From NCBI GenBank assembly GCA_964405655.1, contig CAYOOO010000003.1, positions 11,758-75,757 of the forward strand: a DNA stretch of 64,000 bases, written 5' to 3'. Shown here piece by piece: positions 37,191 through 47,367 of this stretch (within the stretch, counting starts at the first letter, position 1; each line of letters starts with the position of its first letter). Source of the stretch: an uncultured Gammaproteobacteria bacterium (lineage in GTDB: Bacteria > Patescibacteriota > Microgenomatia > Daviesbacterales > UBA10151). Below the pieces are notes generated by a model, which was given only the letters and a program-made list of their open reading frames with translations, did no database searches and was not told where the DNA came from. A program made the position numbers and the translations under genes.

Positions 37191-39338
37191 ATGAACAAGG
37201 TAAATAATCAGTCTAAAAAAACTGAACAAGACTGGTACAAATTTTGGGAGAAGAACGGCTTTTTTAAAGCAGACCCTGCGTCTAAAAAAACTCCATATTC
37301 TCTTTTAATGCCTCCGCCTAATTTAACAGGTGAGCTACACCTAGGTCATGCCATGCAACACTCTATCATGGATAGCATTACCCGCTTCAAAAGAATGCAA
37401 GGCTTTGATGTGCTACTTTTACCAGGAGTGGACCATGCCGGGATTCAATTTGAAAGTGGCTTTAATAAAATGATTGAGAAGGAAGGTCTCTCGAAACAAA
37501 AGTTAGGGCGAGAAGAGTGGCTAAAAAGAGCTTGGCTCTTTCGCGAAGAGATCTATAAATCTTTTAAGGATACTTGGACCGTTTTTGGTCTATCTGCAGA
37601 TTGGTCAAGAGAGGTTTTTACTTTAGAAGAAAAGGTTCAAAAAGCAGTTTTGAAAGAGTTTAAAATCTTTTGGGACCAAGAGCTACTTTATAAAGGAGCC
37701 TATATTGTTCAGTGGTGCCCTAAGGACCAAACAGCTATTGAAGATTTAGAGATGGAATACCATAAGAGGAAGGAAAATCTATATTTTGTCAACTATAAAA
37801 TTGAGAATTCTGACGAATCTATCATAATTGCTACCACCCGTCCTGAAACAATCTATGCCGATACTGGAATTGCAGTTTATCCCAATCACCCTAAATTTAA
37901 AAAGTTTATTGGTGAGAACGCTCTTAACCCACTTAATGGTAATAAAATACCTATCTTTGAGGATAAAAGAGTAGACAAGGAGTTTGGCACAGGTGCTTTG
38001 AAGATTACGCCGGGCCATGATCCGCTTGATTATCAAATCGGACAGACTCATAACCTGCCTATCTTACATGTCGTTGATAAAACAGGCAGGATGACAGATC
38101 TAGCAAATGATCTAACAGGATTAAAGATTACTGAGGCAGAACAAAAAGCTAAAGAAAAATTAGAGAAAAGTGGCGCATTAGTTAAGGTTGAAGAGTTAAC
38201 TCACTCAGTACCAGTTTGTGAAAGGTGTAAAACAACTATTGAGCCATTAATTTCTGAGGAGTGGTTTGTCAAGATGAAACCACTAGCTGAGAAAGCCCTA
38301 AAAAATATTGGTAAAATTAATTTCGTCCCTAAAAACTTCCAAAAGATTTTGTCTGATTGGATGAAGGAGATTCATGATTGGTGTATCTCAAGACCTCTTT
38401 GGTGGGGACACCGCATCCCTGTCTGGTACTGTCAAAAATGCAATCCAACCCATGAGGTCGGTAAGGATAAAGATATGATTATTTCTTTAGATGAACCTAA
38501 GGTAAACTGTCAAACTTGTGGGCAGCATCATTGGATCCAAGATGATCAGGTTTTAGATACTTGGTTTTCGTCAGGTATGTGGCCTTTAGCCACACTTGGT
38601 TGGCCTGAGGAGACAAAAGAGCTTAATAGATATTATCCTTGGGATTTTGAAATCACTGATCCTGGTATTCGCTATCTTTGGATTGCCCGGATGATAATGC
38701 TTGGGCTATGGTTTGGAGATGATATTCCCTTTAAAAATATGTTCTTCCATGGAACCCTAAGAGATTTATCAGGCAGGAAATTTTCAAAGTCCTTAGGCAA
38801 CGGCATCGACCCCAATGATCTAAGATCAAAGTGGGGTACTGATGCAACCAGAGTGGCACTCTTAACCTACTCTGCTCCAGGTAGGGATGGGAAGATGTCT
38901 AGACAAACAATCGATGAAAGGTGTAAAAACTTCAGGAACTTTGGAACTAAACTAAGAAATATGACTAAGTTTGTAATTGACCTAAAACCAAAAGATACTT
39001 CTAAAAAAATCTCCTCTCCAAAAGAAGATAAAGCAATCTTAGAAAAACTTAATCAGCTTATTAGAGAAGTTACTCATGATCTTGAAACCTTTAATTTGCA
39101 TCTGGCTGTAGAAAAGCTTTATGAGTTTGTCTGGCATGAATTTGCAGATAAGTATATCGAGGAGTCTAAAAAAAGACGCTCTGAAGCCCAACCTACGTTA
39201 GAGCACGTTCTCAAGACCTCGCTTGAACTCCTCCACCCGTTTATGCCCTTTATCACCGAGGAATTATGGCAGCGCTTGCCACATACAAAGCAAAGTATTA
39301 TGACAACTAGTTGGCCTACACATAGCCAGGAAAAATAG
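37191..39338 (+). CDS. valS: Valyl-tRNA synthetase (lacks the C-terminal coiled-coil arm)
   Basis: PPPNLTGELHLGH, DHAGI, ATTRPET, GTGALKITPGHD, DWCISR, DTWFSS, KFSKS and LHPFMPFITEE. Confidence 0.97.
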   Translation: MNKVNNQSKKTEQDWYKFWEKNGFFKADPASKKTPYSLLMPPPNLTGELHLGHAMQHSIMDSITRFKRMQGFDVLLLPGVDHAGIQFESGFNKMIEKEGLSKQKLGREEWLKRAWLFREEIYKSFKDTWTVFGLSADWSREVFTLEEKVQKAVLKEFKIFWDQELLYKGAYIVQWCPKDQTAIEDLEMEYHKRKENLYFVNYKIENSDESIIIATTRPETIYADTGIAVYPNHPKFKKFIGENALNPLNGNKIPIFEDKRVDKEFGTGALKITPGHDPLDYQIGQTHNLPILHVVDKTGRMTDLANDLTGLKITEAEQKAKEKLEKSGALVKVEELTHSVPVCERCKTTIEPLISEEWFVKMKPLAEKALKNIGKINFVPKNFQKILSDWMKEIHDWCISRPLWWGHRIPVWYCQKCNPTHEVGKDKDMIISLDEPKVNCQTCGQHHWIQDDQVLDTWFSSGMWPLATLGWPEETKELNRYYPWDFEITDPGIRYLWIARMIMLGLWFGDDIPFKNMFFHGTLRDLSGRKFSKSLGNGIDPNDLRSKWGTDATRVALLTYSAPGRDGKMSRQTIDERCKNFRNFGTKLRNMTKFVIDLKPKDTSKKISSPKEDKAILEKLNQLIREVTHDLETFNLHLAVEKLYEFVWHEFADKYIEESKKRRSEAQPTLEHVLKTSLELLHPFMPFITEELWQRLPHTKQSIMTTSWPTHSQEK

Positions 39339-39342
39339 ACAG

Positions 39343-39615
39343 CTATTTCTTATAGAAGTATTCTATCCAAAGTCTCTTAAATAAAGGCAGCGCAAGGTTG
39401 AGAGTAAGAAACCTACTGTCGGAATGACTGCATTAATCCAAGGCTTATCTATACCTACAGAATACATATAGAGACTAATCGCTAAATAGGTAAAAATTGC
39501 CAGTAGTATTCTTCTACTGAGAAATGTCTCCCAAGCTTTTATCAGCCTCAACTTTTTTATTGCGCCTTTCTATAGCTCGAAGTTTTTTCTCTATTTCTTT
39601 TATAGACGTTTTCAG
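39343..39615 (-). pseudogene. Frameshifted small membrane protein gene
   Basis: Three frames join as KTSIKEIEKKLRAIERRNKKVEADK / AWETFLSRR...GFLLSTL / LPLFKRLWIEYFYKK*. Extra A at ~39537-39540, 1-nt deletion at ~39392, CTG where ATG is expected. Confidence 0.72.
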
Positions 39616-39670
39616 AATAGTTATGTTTAAATTTAACGCAAAATTAACTCAAATTTGACGCAAAAGTTTT

Positions 39671-39865
39671 TTAGGCTGCTATCTTAAGTGGATTCTCTGG
39701 TCTAGTAATAGGTTTTATAATTGGAATTACTCTGGGAACTGGGATAATTTTTGGCTTAATAGGTTTTAAAATCCTTCTTCTTGGTCTGGCTTCAATTAAC
39801 TCCTGAGGATAAATCGGTTCAGAACGCTGAACTGATATTTCTGATGATAGTTGCCGCTCTACCAT
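39671..39865 (-). CDS. Small Pro/Arg/Ile-rich hypothetical protein
   Basis: 64-aa ATG ORF starting 21 bp after the rplY stop on the same strand. Confidence 0.5.
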   Translation of the reverse strand: MVERQLSSEISVQRSEPIYPQELIEARPRRRILKPIKPKIIPVPRVIPIIKPITRPENPLKIAA

Positions 39866-39886
39866 TGCTTGCTGGTTAATTTTATC

Positions 39887-40678
39887 TTAACTATTTTCCT
39901 TTGAAGATTGCTCCTCTTTATTATCCTGACCTTCAACTTCTTGTTCCCCTACCTCTTGTCCTTCAGCCCCTTCCCCGCCTTCAGCAACCTCCTCACCCTC
40001 TACTTTCACTTCTTCCTCACCTTCTTCAGCTACTGCGCCTTCTTCTGCAGCGGCTGCTTCAGCAGCTGCAGCAGCCTCAGCTTCTTGTTCCTCTAGAAGC
40101 TGCTTCATCTCTTCTGTAACAGCTGGTGCCAGCTTAACCACTATTTCTTCTAGATCAGCCAAAACTGTTAGCTTTTCCCGATCATAACTTAACTGACCGA
40201 TTGTAATGGCATCGTTAATTTTTTGAAGTGGAGTGACATCTACTTCAATATTTTCTACTAAATCAGTTGGTAAAGCTTCCACTTCAACCTCGTTGATGGT
40301 TTGCAGAACCACTGCTTCACCCATATGAACTAACTCCGACTCCTCTCCTTTTAGAACTATTGGAATGGGAACTGTAACTTTTTCTTTTAAATTAACCTGG
40401 TAGAAATCAATATGTAAAACTCCACCTTTAACAGGATCGTATTGAATATCTCGGATTAAAACTGGTCTAATTTTTTCCTGGCCAATCTTTAAATCAATTA
40501 AACCAGTTTCTCCAGCCTGATGTAGGACTGGTAAAAAATCAGCTAGTTTGACTGAAACATGTTCAGTCTCTTGTTTTTTACCATAAACATGGCCTGGGAT
40601 AATCCCTTCTCTTCTTAACTTTTTAACCTTTTTTCCTAAGATGTCTCTCTCTTGAGCATTAAGTGCTAAACGATCCAT
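39887..40678 (-). CDS. rplY: 50S ribosomal protein L25/Ctc with acidic tail
   Basis: LRREGIIPGHVYG, IQYDPV, HIDFY and ALPTDL; ATG 40678 after TTGAAA-17-TATACT. Confidence 0.95.
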   Translation of the reverse strand: MDRLALNAQERDILGKKVKKLRREGIIPGHVYGKKQETEHVSVKLADFLPVLHQAGETGLIDLKIGQEKIRPVLIRDIQYDPVKGGVLHIDFYQVNLKEKVTVPIPIVLKGEESELVHMGEAVVLQTINEVEVEALPTDLVENIEVDVTPLQKINDAITIGQLSYDREKLTVLADLEEIVVKLAPAVTEEMKQLLEEQEAEAAAAAEAAAAEEGAVAEEGEEEVKVEGEEVAEGGEGAEGQEVGEQEVEGQDNKEEQSSKENS

Positions 40679-40767
40679 AGTAAAGTGTAAGTATATAGAC
40701 AAACTAAGGCTTTTTCAAGCCTCAGGCAACGTGCAAATTGGGCCGGACATATCCCAAAAAATTGATC

Positions 40768-43722
40768 CTAGTTAATTTGTTTAAATTTAACTAAGAAAGA
40801 TCTATCTTTTGATAAATCTGTTGAGATGTGAATCTCTTGAGGTCGAAAAGAACTTGAGTTTTTTTGGGCAGACTCTACAGTAATATTAATTGGGAAGGTT
40901 AAAGTCCACTCAAATGGATCCTTCTCTGTTCCTGGTTGTTTAATTACATCCAACCTATAGAGATTTTCCTTATTCATAAATTGTGTTGGTTTATCTAAGT
41001 TATAATCTAATACTAAGTTTTTTTGTTCTTTTGGTTGAAGGGTAATTAAAACTGAAAAGCCAGTCCGGCCAAAGTCTGAAAAACTGGACATTTGGGTAGT
41101 AATATCATTTTCTCCAAAAACAGCCTTTTGAATTTTTGCTCCTAGGGGTAGATAGATCTTAAACCTATTTTTATAAGGACCAGCTGGAAAAGCTTCTGAA
41201 GGGCTATTGTTTTTGTAGCTTATTGTTAGTTTATGGCTGATTTGACCTTCTTTACCAACCGTAGTCTCAAGCGAGTATTTCCTTTCAAGATAATAGTTAG
41301 ATTTGTTGGCACCCATATTTGACTCATTAGTTGACAGAAAGTCTGAGGTCTGCCCCTGACTAGCAGCTACTGCCCGGGGCATTACCCCTGCCCAGTTTTG
41401 AGCGATAGCATAGGAAAAGAGCTCCTGATCTGATAGATAAATTAACAGGTGTTTTTGTTCTAAAGAATCAGACAGAGATTGGATGATGCTTGGCCAGTTC
41501 TGCTTTGATAGATAAAACACCTTATTAAAAAGCTGGGTTTGTAGGGCTATTAAGAAGCTGCGTTTAGCCTGTGATCCAGGGAAAAAATTGACTTCAGCAT
41601 AGCTAATGACCTTTTGAAATAAATTATCGGCGTTAATTTTTTCTCCGTAATCAGATAGATCCAAACCACCCACTGCACTGATAAGCTTTGACGAGGCTGT
41701 CAAATCCATGGCGATAACCCCGTTAACTATCTCACCTGATGATTCTTTTTTATATAAAAATTCAGCTAACCTGGCTGAGGTGGGAAAATCTGGGTCAAAG
41801 TTAGCATCTCTTAAAAAGAGTCTGTTATGACCCATATCACTCTTAAACTCGGGTGGTGGCTCTATAACATCTTTGAGTTGACCATCAAGATTATAGATAT
41901 CATCAACCTTAATATTTACTATCCTGCCATTTTGAAAGTCGAGTCTGCCATAAGAACCAATAAAACCGCCGGTTGCTCGAAGCTCTAAGTTGTTTTGAAG
42001 TAAAACCAAATAGCTTTTTTTACCATCAACTGCTGTAATTTGGGGTATTAAATAGCTTGCTGCTGTCGCCTTTTCTACCAAATTAGAGTAGAAATCGAGT
42101 TTGGTTGACAAGTCTCTCACTCTTTTGTCTAAACCAAACGGCAAAGACTTTAAAAGACTACTATCTTCTAGACTAGCTTTGACTTTGGCTATTTTGAGAG
42201 AGGCTATTCCCAGTTCAGTCTGAGCTTTTTGATATAACGGTTTAGGATCTTCTGCTACCTCGCCTGAGATGATTTTAGAGGCTTGATAGAGTGACTGGGT
42301 ACCTCGCGTAGCATGATCAACTCCTCTAATCCCCTCCTCAGCTATAGCCAATATATTTTCCATTCCCTCAATCTCCTGGTTAAATAGCTTTAGACGCTTG
42401 AGTATAGCTAAAGAATTTGTTATCTCTTTTAGCTCGCCAAGCGATTTAAGAGCTGCCTGAATCTTTTGCTCTGCCCCTTTAAAGTTACCATGGCTAATAT
42501 CTAAAGCTGATGCCTTAAGGTTATTTCTGATATTTAAGGCCCCAAATCCAAGTTGAAAAATTGGAAAAATTAATCCATAGAAAATCAGAGCTAAAACTAC
42601 AAAGTAGGCTAAACTACTTTTAAGCCGAGTCAGAATCCTTTTGACTCTCCCCTGTCTTATGTCTTTTTTTTGTGTAAATCTTTTATCTGAACTGGCAGCT
42701 TTAGCCTCTTCATCTGTTTCTTCAGATTGTGACTGCTCTAAAACTTCACCCGGTTGATTAAAAGTCCATTTTTTAACATTTTTTTGCCAAATATCTTCCT
42801 CAATTTCTGGAACATGAATATTATTATCCTTAAAATAGGCAATAGTTCTTTTGAGTGATTGGATTAGACTAACTGAGGGTATCCAAGATAACTCCTTAAT
42901 AGTTCTTAAAAGATTAGGCGTTGACCAAGGCGGCAGTTCAGTTGGTTTAAATCCCTTCAGCTCATACCAAACTGGGTCTAGTAAAATCTGTTTAATCTCT
43001 GCAACTTTGATAGGCTGAGGGTTTGTACCATCATAGATCTTATGAGCAGTCGATCCTGAAAAAATAGACTTAACTACCAACTTAGCTGCATCCTCTATAT
43101 ATAGGGCCCGACTGCCAAAATCCAAAGAGGTTGTTTCATCATGCAAACTACCAAGCAGTGAGGCTTGAATAAGCCTGATGACTGGATCGTTTATTCTAAA
43201 ATGCATTCTTGGTCCAAATAGGCAGGCTAATCTGACTATCCGGGAGTTTAACTTATGATATTTTGAATATTTAGCAAAATAGATCTCTGCTGTTTTAAGC
43301 GCCTTGAGATCAGCAGAAACTTTATTATCATAAAGCAGGATTGAGGAAGTCAAAACAACTTTCGGTTTGAAATCTTTGATAAACTTTAAAAAATTAGCAA
43401 GTCCTGTTGTAAATAAAGGATGTGGGTTTTGGTTATCAGCTGCAAAAATTGCATAATCTAACCTTGGCAGCTCAATTGATATTCTTTCAGTAATTGATCT
43501 GTTGACAAGGTGGAATCTTTTATCCCTGATAACTTTTTCTAAGTTAATTTTTTGGCCAGTTGAAAAGTCATCTATACCAATTACTTGAATTCCACTCTCA
43601 ATTAAAATCTCAGCTATATAAGAACCTAGAAAACCGGCAACCCCCACAACTAAAGCAATCGGAGTGTTTCGCGAAACTAAAATTCTATTGTTCTCAATGC
43701 TATTTACGTTTATTTCCCCCAT
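40768..43722 (-). CDS. NAD-dependent epimerase-like domain fused to TM and DUF4012-type extracellular domain
   Basis: GVAGFLGS and IGIDDFSTG at the N-terminus; YLVLLQNNLELRATGGFIG, RDANFDPDF and NMGANKSN at the C-terminus. Confidence 0.82.
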   Translation of the reverse strand: MGEINVNSIENNRILVSRNTPIALVVGVAGFLGSYIAEILIESGIQVIGIDDFSTGQKINLEKVIRDKRFHLVNRSITERISIELPRLDYAIFAADNQNPHPLFTTGLANFLKFIKDFKPKVVLTSSILLYDNKVSADLKALKTAEIYFAKYSKYHKLNSRIVRLACLFGPRMHFRINDPVIRLIQASLLGSLHDETTSLDFGSRALYIEDAAKLVVKSIFSGSTAHKIYDGTNPQPIKVAEIKQILLDPVWYELKGFKPTELPPWSTPNLLRTIKELSWIPSVSLIQSLKRTIAYFKDNNIHVPEIEEDIWQKNVKKWTFNQPGEVLEQSQSEETDEEAKAASSDKRFTQKKDIRQGRVKRILTRLKSSLAYFVVLALIFYGLIFPIFQLGFGALNIRNNLKASALDISHGNFKGAEQKIQAALKSLGELKEITNSLAILKRLKLFNQEIEGMENILAIAEEGIRGVDHATRGTQSLYQASKIISGEVAEDPKPLYQKAQTELGIASLKIAKVKASLEDSSLLKSLPFGLDKRVRDLSTKLDFYSNLVEKATAASYLIPQITAVDGKKSYLVLLQNNLELRATGGFIGSYGRLDFQNGRIVNIKVDDIYNLDGQLKDVIEPPPEFKSDMGHNRLFLRDANFDPDFPTSARLAEFLYKKESSGEIVNGVIAMDLTASSKLISAVGGLDLSDYGEKINADNLFQKVISYAEVNFFPGSQAKRSFLIALQTQLFNKVFYLSKQNWPSIIQSLSDSLEQKHLLIYLSDQELFSYAIAQNWAGVMPRAVAASQGQTSDFLSTNESNMGANKSNYYLERKYSLETTVGKEGQISHKLTISYKNNSPSEAFPAGPYKNRFKIYLPLGAKIQKAVFGENDITTQMSSFSDFGRTGFSVLITLQPKEQKNLVLDYNLDKPTQFMNKENLYRLDVIKQPGTEKDPFEWTLTFPINITVESAQKNSSSFRPQEIHISTDLSKDRSFLVKFKQIN

Positions 43723-43799
43723 GGGTAAATGTTAGTCTTCAGACTTAAGAAACTCAATATATTTTTAAGGTATCTTAATATTGCTTTTTTGAATAAGTT

Positions 43800-44312
43800 T
43801 CAGTAGTTTTTAAAATAGGACCTTACTAAGGCAATTATAATACCTATAAACACGCCAGTAATAAACCCGATTAATAATCCAAGATAAACATTAGCATTTT
43901 CTTCTGAGTAATAATCATTCCCTATTTTTGAAACCTTATAATTTTCAACCAGGTACTTACTAGCCTGTCCATTTAAATATTTGGCTGAATCTAAATCAGC
44001 TCCTTTTGTCTCAATTTGAATAGCTAAGGGCCCTGGTTTAAAGATGGTTGTTTCGCCCTTCTTTTTTTGACTATTAATCTCAGGAGATAAGTTTTGTGAT
44101 CTGAGAATTGTTACTGCTTGATCAGTCAGGCTAATTTTCTCAGAGACACTACTTTCTTGATAGTTCATTTGCCAGAGCGAAGAGACTTTCTTATTTACTT
44201 GCTTACTAGATTGGTAAAATAATCCTGCAGCTGAAAAAAGCAAGACAGCTACAAAAATTATTAGAAAATTTTTTCGGAAAAAATTCAGATAAAGTCTAGA
44301 TTCTTTCATCAA
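43800..44312 (-). CDS. Wzz/CapA-like two-TM membrane protein
   Basis: N- and C-terminal TM helices, Gly-rich second helix, polysaccharide cluster context. Confidence 0.55.
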   Translation of the reverse strand: MMKESRLYLNFFRKNFLIIFVAVLLFSAAGLFYQSSKQVNKKVSSLWQMNYQESSVSEKISLTDQAVTILRSQNLSPEINSQKKKGETTIFKPGPLAIQIETKGADLDSAKYLNGQASKYLVENYKVSKIGNDYYSEENANVYLGLLIGFITGVFIGIIIALVRSYFKNY

Positions 44313-44709
44313 GTGCCTTATTAGCCAGTCGATCAGCTAAAAAATTCTTGGACCTTGGTACATGCTTATAAAAAACCATCCCTAGCTCAAACTCTAAGAT
44401 TTTAATTTTTTGGTAGATCTCCTTTAGCTTGAGATTTTTAATTTTGAAGTTTCCCTTTAACTGTTCTGTTATCAGTTTAGAATCAGATAAGACTTGGACC
44501 TGATGAGGAGCTTTATGAACATAATGATCTTTTAAATATTTCAAGGAAAACAAAACTGCAGTGTATTCTGCAATATTATTAGTAGCAAGGCCAATTTTTT
44601 TACTTTCCTGATGTAACATGACACCAGAAACTGACTTGATAATATAACCATACGATGAAGGACCTGGATTACCTCTTGATGCACCGTCTGTATTGATAAC
44701 TACTTCCAT
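44296..44709 (-). CDS. rnhA: Ribonuclease HI family protein
   Basis: TDGASRGNPGP, TNNIAEY, SDSKL and HVPR..N..AD.LAN. Confidence 0.92.
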   Translation of the reverse strand: MEVVINTDGASRGNPGPSSYGYIIKSVSGVMLHQESKKIGLATNNIAEYTAVLFSLKYLKDHYVHKAPHQVQVLSDSKLITEQLKGNFKIKNLKLKEIYQKIKILEFELGMVFYKHVPRSKNFLADRLANKALDERI

Positions 44710-44713
44710 AAAA

Positions 44714-45967
44714 TTATTTTGATTTGAAGTATTGATAGAGGATAGTTATTTGCAAAGCTAAAATCAAGTATTCTGAAATGCCAGTAACAGCAGCTGCTCC
44801 AAGATAAGAAAACCGAGGGATTAAGTAAAGATTAAAAATAAAATTAGTTAAAAGCCCAATCAGATAAATTAACAAGATGGTTTTATATTTCTTAAGAGCT
44901 ACCATTGCCCACATTAAAACCGCTGAGACAAAATAGGCAGGAAATGATAAAGAAAGGATTTGGAGGGATTTAAATGAGCCAATAAATCCTTTCCCGCCAG
45001 TTACTAATTCTATGAAAAACCCTCCATAAAAATAGGTGAGGCCTAAACCCAAAACTGAAATTAACAACATAATTAAACAAGTTTTAATAAGATTGCTTTT
45101 AAAGCGCTCTTTATTACTACTTAATAAAACATTATTACTTAAGTTTTGAACCATCAATGGAAAGTAACTGTTCATTATAAAGGTTGGTAAAACCAGTCCA
45201 GACTGAAAAAACTGATACGCTAAATTATAAATTCCCACTTCTTTAAAGGAGTAGACTTGGGAGAGTATAAAAGCATCTAAACGAAAATACAAAACATTTA
45301 AAACTAAGGTTGTAGAAATCGGCCAAGCACCAGTCAATACATTTCTAATAAATTTAAAATCAAAGATTGGCTTGATGTCCTTAATAAATTTTTTAACAAA
45401 GATTAAAGCAAAGATTGAGGTTACTATCCAACCAGCAATATACGCCCAAATCAAGTTCGATAGCAGACCACCCAGTCTAACTTGTAAAAAAATTAATCCC
45501 AAAGTCACCAAAGCACCCGTTGACCAAGCAATAACGGACAAGTCGTAGCGTAGTCTAATTTGAAAAATAGCATTACAGGTGATAAAAATGGCTGGCTCTA
45601 ATATTGCCATCAAAGAACCAAATATAATGATCTGTTTGAAGATAGGCGGAAAAGGCCCTATTAAAGCTATAGCAAGAGCAATAATTATCAAAGGAGCTGC
45701 TAGGATTAATCTCAAACCAAATAATTTTCGCCAGTCAGCCAACAAGCCATCTTTAAGCAATGAGGGAATAAGATAAGCATTTAGACTAAAATCTACTGCA
45801 ATAGTAAAAAAAGCCAGATAAGTTAGAGCTAAGGTAAAGATACCTGTACCTGTTTCTCCAAATTGGCGGCTAATTAGAGCCAAAATCAAAATCGTTGAAA
45901 GAGCAGTTATAAACTTTCCCAAAAGTTGCCAAAATGTCTGTCTAAAAACCCTTAAAACAGTTTCCAC
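44714..45967 (-). CDS. Wzx-like polysaccharide flippase
   Basis: 12 or more TM helices; LYFRLD, VGIYNLAY and LIPRFSYLGAA. Confidence 0.88.
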   Translation of the reverse strand: METVLRVFRQTFWQLLGKFITALSTILILALISRQFGETGTGIFTLALTYLAFFTIAVDFSLNAYLIPSLLKDGLLADWRKLFGLRLILAAPLIIIALAIALIGPFPPIFKQIIIFGSLMAILEPAIFITCNAIFQIRLRYDLSVIAWSTGALVTLGLIFLQVRLGGLLSNLIWAYIAGWIVTSIFALIFVKKFIKDIKPIFDFKFIRNVLTGAWPISTTLVLNVLYFRLDAFILSQVYSFKEVGIYNLAYQFFQSGLVLPTFIMNSYFPLMVQNLSNNVLLSSNKERFKSNLIKTCLIMLLISVLGLGLTYFYGGFFIELVTGGKGFIGSFKSLQILSLSFPAYFVSAVLMWAMVALKKYKTILLIYLIGLLTNFIFNLYLIPRFSYLGAAAVTGISEYLILALQITILYQYFKSK

Positions 45968-47352
45968 CAGATTATTTTAGACTGATTATTATACCCAGAC
46001 AAGTTTAAAGACAAGGTTTGATTCAAACTAATACCCCAAATTAAAAATAGCAGTCTCTGACCTTGGGCCAAAGTTAAAAAGTAGTGATCAAAACTGCCAA
46101 AAATGAATATAGCTATCCATATAAACAGGAGCCCTTTGAAAAAAGGATTCTGCCTCTTTTTAAAAATTATTAAAATAGGTGTCAATACAAACAATAAAAA
46201 ACCTAAAGCGCCAATTAAGCCTGTTTCTGCTAAAGAAAGTAAAAAGATATTATGAGCTGGCTGCAAAAACCTACTTGGTCCGGGAATCAAATTTGACAGT
46301 GCTAGGTTGTTAATAAAGTTATTAAGCCCAACACCAAAAAAAGGGGAATTAGTAAAAAAGCTCCAAGCGTATTCAAAAAGCTCTTGTCTTCTAATTATCG
46401 ACAAATTATCAAAATTAAAAGCGCTGCTAAATCTTATTAGAAGAAATGGGGCAGCAACAAAAAAAATTATTAATAAAAACCTAAGATATCTTTTTAAAAA
46501 AAATATTGTTGTTAAGATGAGCATGGATATAGCCACTCTGGAAAAGCTTAAAAGTATAGCTATAGATCCTAAAACTAATGAGAATTTATATTTGACCATA
46601 TGAGAGCTCAAAAGACTTAAACGATGCCTTAACAAAAAAGTTACTAAAAGCAAACCTAATACTAAATAGGAAGCGAGCAGATTAGGATGGGGAAAAGTGG
46701 CGTAAGGTCTCAAAAAGATCTCTCCATACCAATTAAATTTAGCAATTGATAGGGTAGACAGACTAAAAGTTCTTTCGCCTAAAATCCAAAGCCCTATAGA
46801 ACCACCTTTAATAAACTGAGCGATAGCAATAAGGCTTTCAATAATAATAGTGACGCTTAAACAATTGATGATTAAATTTTTAAATTTTGTCAGGTTAATG
46901 CTAGATAGATAAACACCAAATGCGCCCATTAAAACAAGCTGCTCAAATCTGAAAAGACCGGCTCCTAGGTTAACTGCACCTAAAAGAGAGGGTAATTGAC
47001 TAAGCAAAAAGCCTAGTAATAAAGTTAGGCTTAAACTATTAATTCGAGGTTTATCTCGATAAAACCCCGACTGTGAAGCCGAGGGTTTCCCAACATCGGA
47101 CAAAGTCCGATCGAGAGAAGATACCCCGACCGCTAGGTCCTGGATAGATTCATTTAAAAACCAGCTTATGATTAAACCAATTAGTAAAATATCCCACAAA
47201 TAGACTGTCGGGGCGAGATAGTCAATTTTTAAAGAGAAGATATAGGCAAAATCTGGCCAAAAGTGTTTACCTAGCTGAGTGGGTAAAAAAAGAAGGATAA
47301 GTATAAAAAAATATTTCTCAAAAGAACTAGAAACCTGCCTAAACTTTTTCAC
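45952..47352 (-). CDS. O-antigen ligase/polymerase (Wzy_C) family protein
   Basis: RPYATFPHPN, SFSR, FGVGLNNF, PAHNIFL..LAETG and FDHYF. Confidence 0.88.
   Translation of the reverse strand: MKKFRQVSSSFEKYFFILILLFLPTQLGKHFWPDFAYIFSLKIDYLAPTVYLWDILLIGLIISWFLNESIQDLAVGVSSLDRTLSDVGKPSASQSGFYRDKPRINSLSLTLLLGFLLSQLPSLLGAVNLGAGLFRFEQLVLMGAFGVYLSSINLTKFKNLIINCLSVTIIIESLIAIAQFIKGGSIGLWILGERTFSLSTLSIAKFNWYGEIFLRPYATFPHPNLLASYLVLGLLLVTFLLRHRLSLLSSHMVKYKFSLVLGSIAILLSFSRVAISMLILTTIFFLKRYLRFLLIIFFVAAPFLLIRFSSAFNFDNLSIIRRQELFEYAWSFFTNSPFFGVGLNNFINNLALSNLIPGPSRFLQPAHNIFLLSLAETGLIGALGFLLFVLTPILIIFKKRQNPFFKGLLFIWIAIFIFGSFDHYFLTLAQGQRLLFLIWGISLNQTLSLNLSGYNNQSKIIWWKLF
47044..47135. repeat. Cluster of GC-rich hairpins in frame within the O-antigen ligase gene
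   Basis: TCGAG-N6-CTCGA, AAACCCCG...CGAGGGTTT and ATCGGAC-AAA-GTCCGAT, with ACCCCGAC twice; encodes a ~35-aa hydrophilic loop. Confidence 0.6.
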
Positions 47353-47367
47353 TTAAAACTTACTTAA

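Noticed and set aside
39363-39551. 62-aa hydrophobic ORF as a type I toxin
   Set aside because: Better explained as the middle frame of the frameshifted pseudogene at 39343-39615.
45111-45142. Possible short AT-rich insert (NNVLLSSN) in the flippase
   Set aside because: Single copy in the window with weak symmetry; cannot be supported without an alignment.
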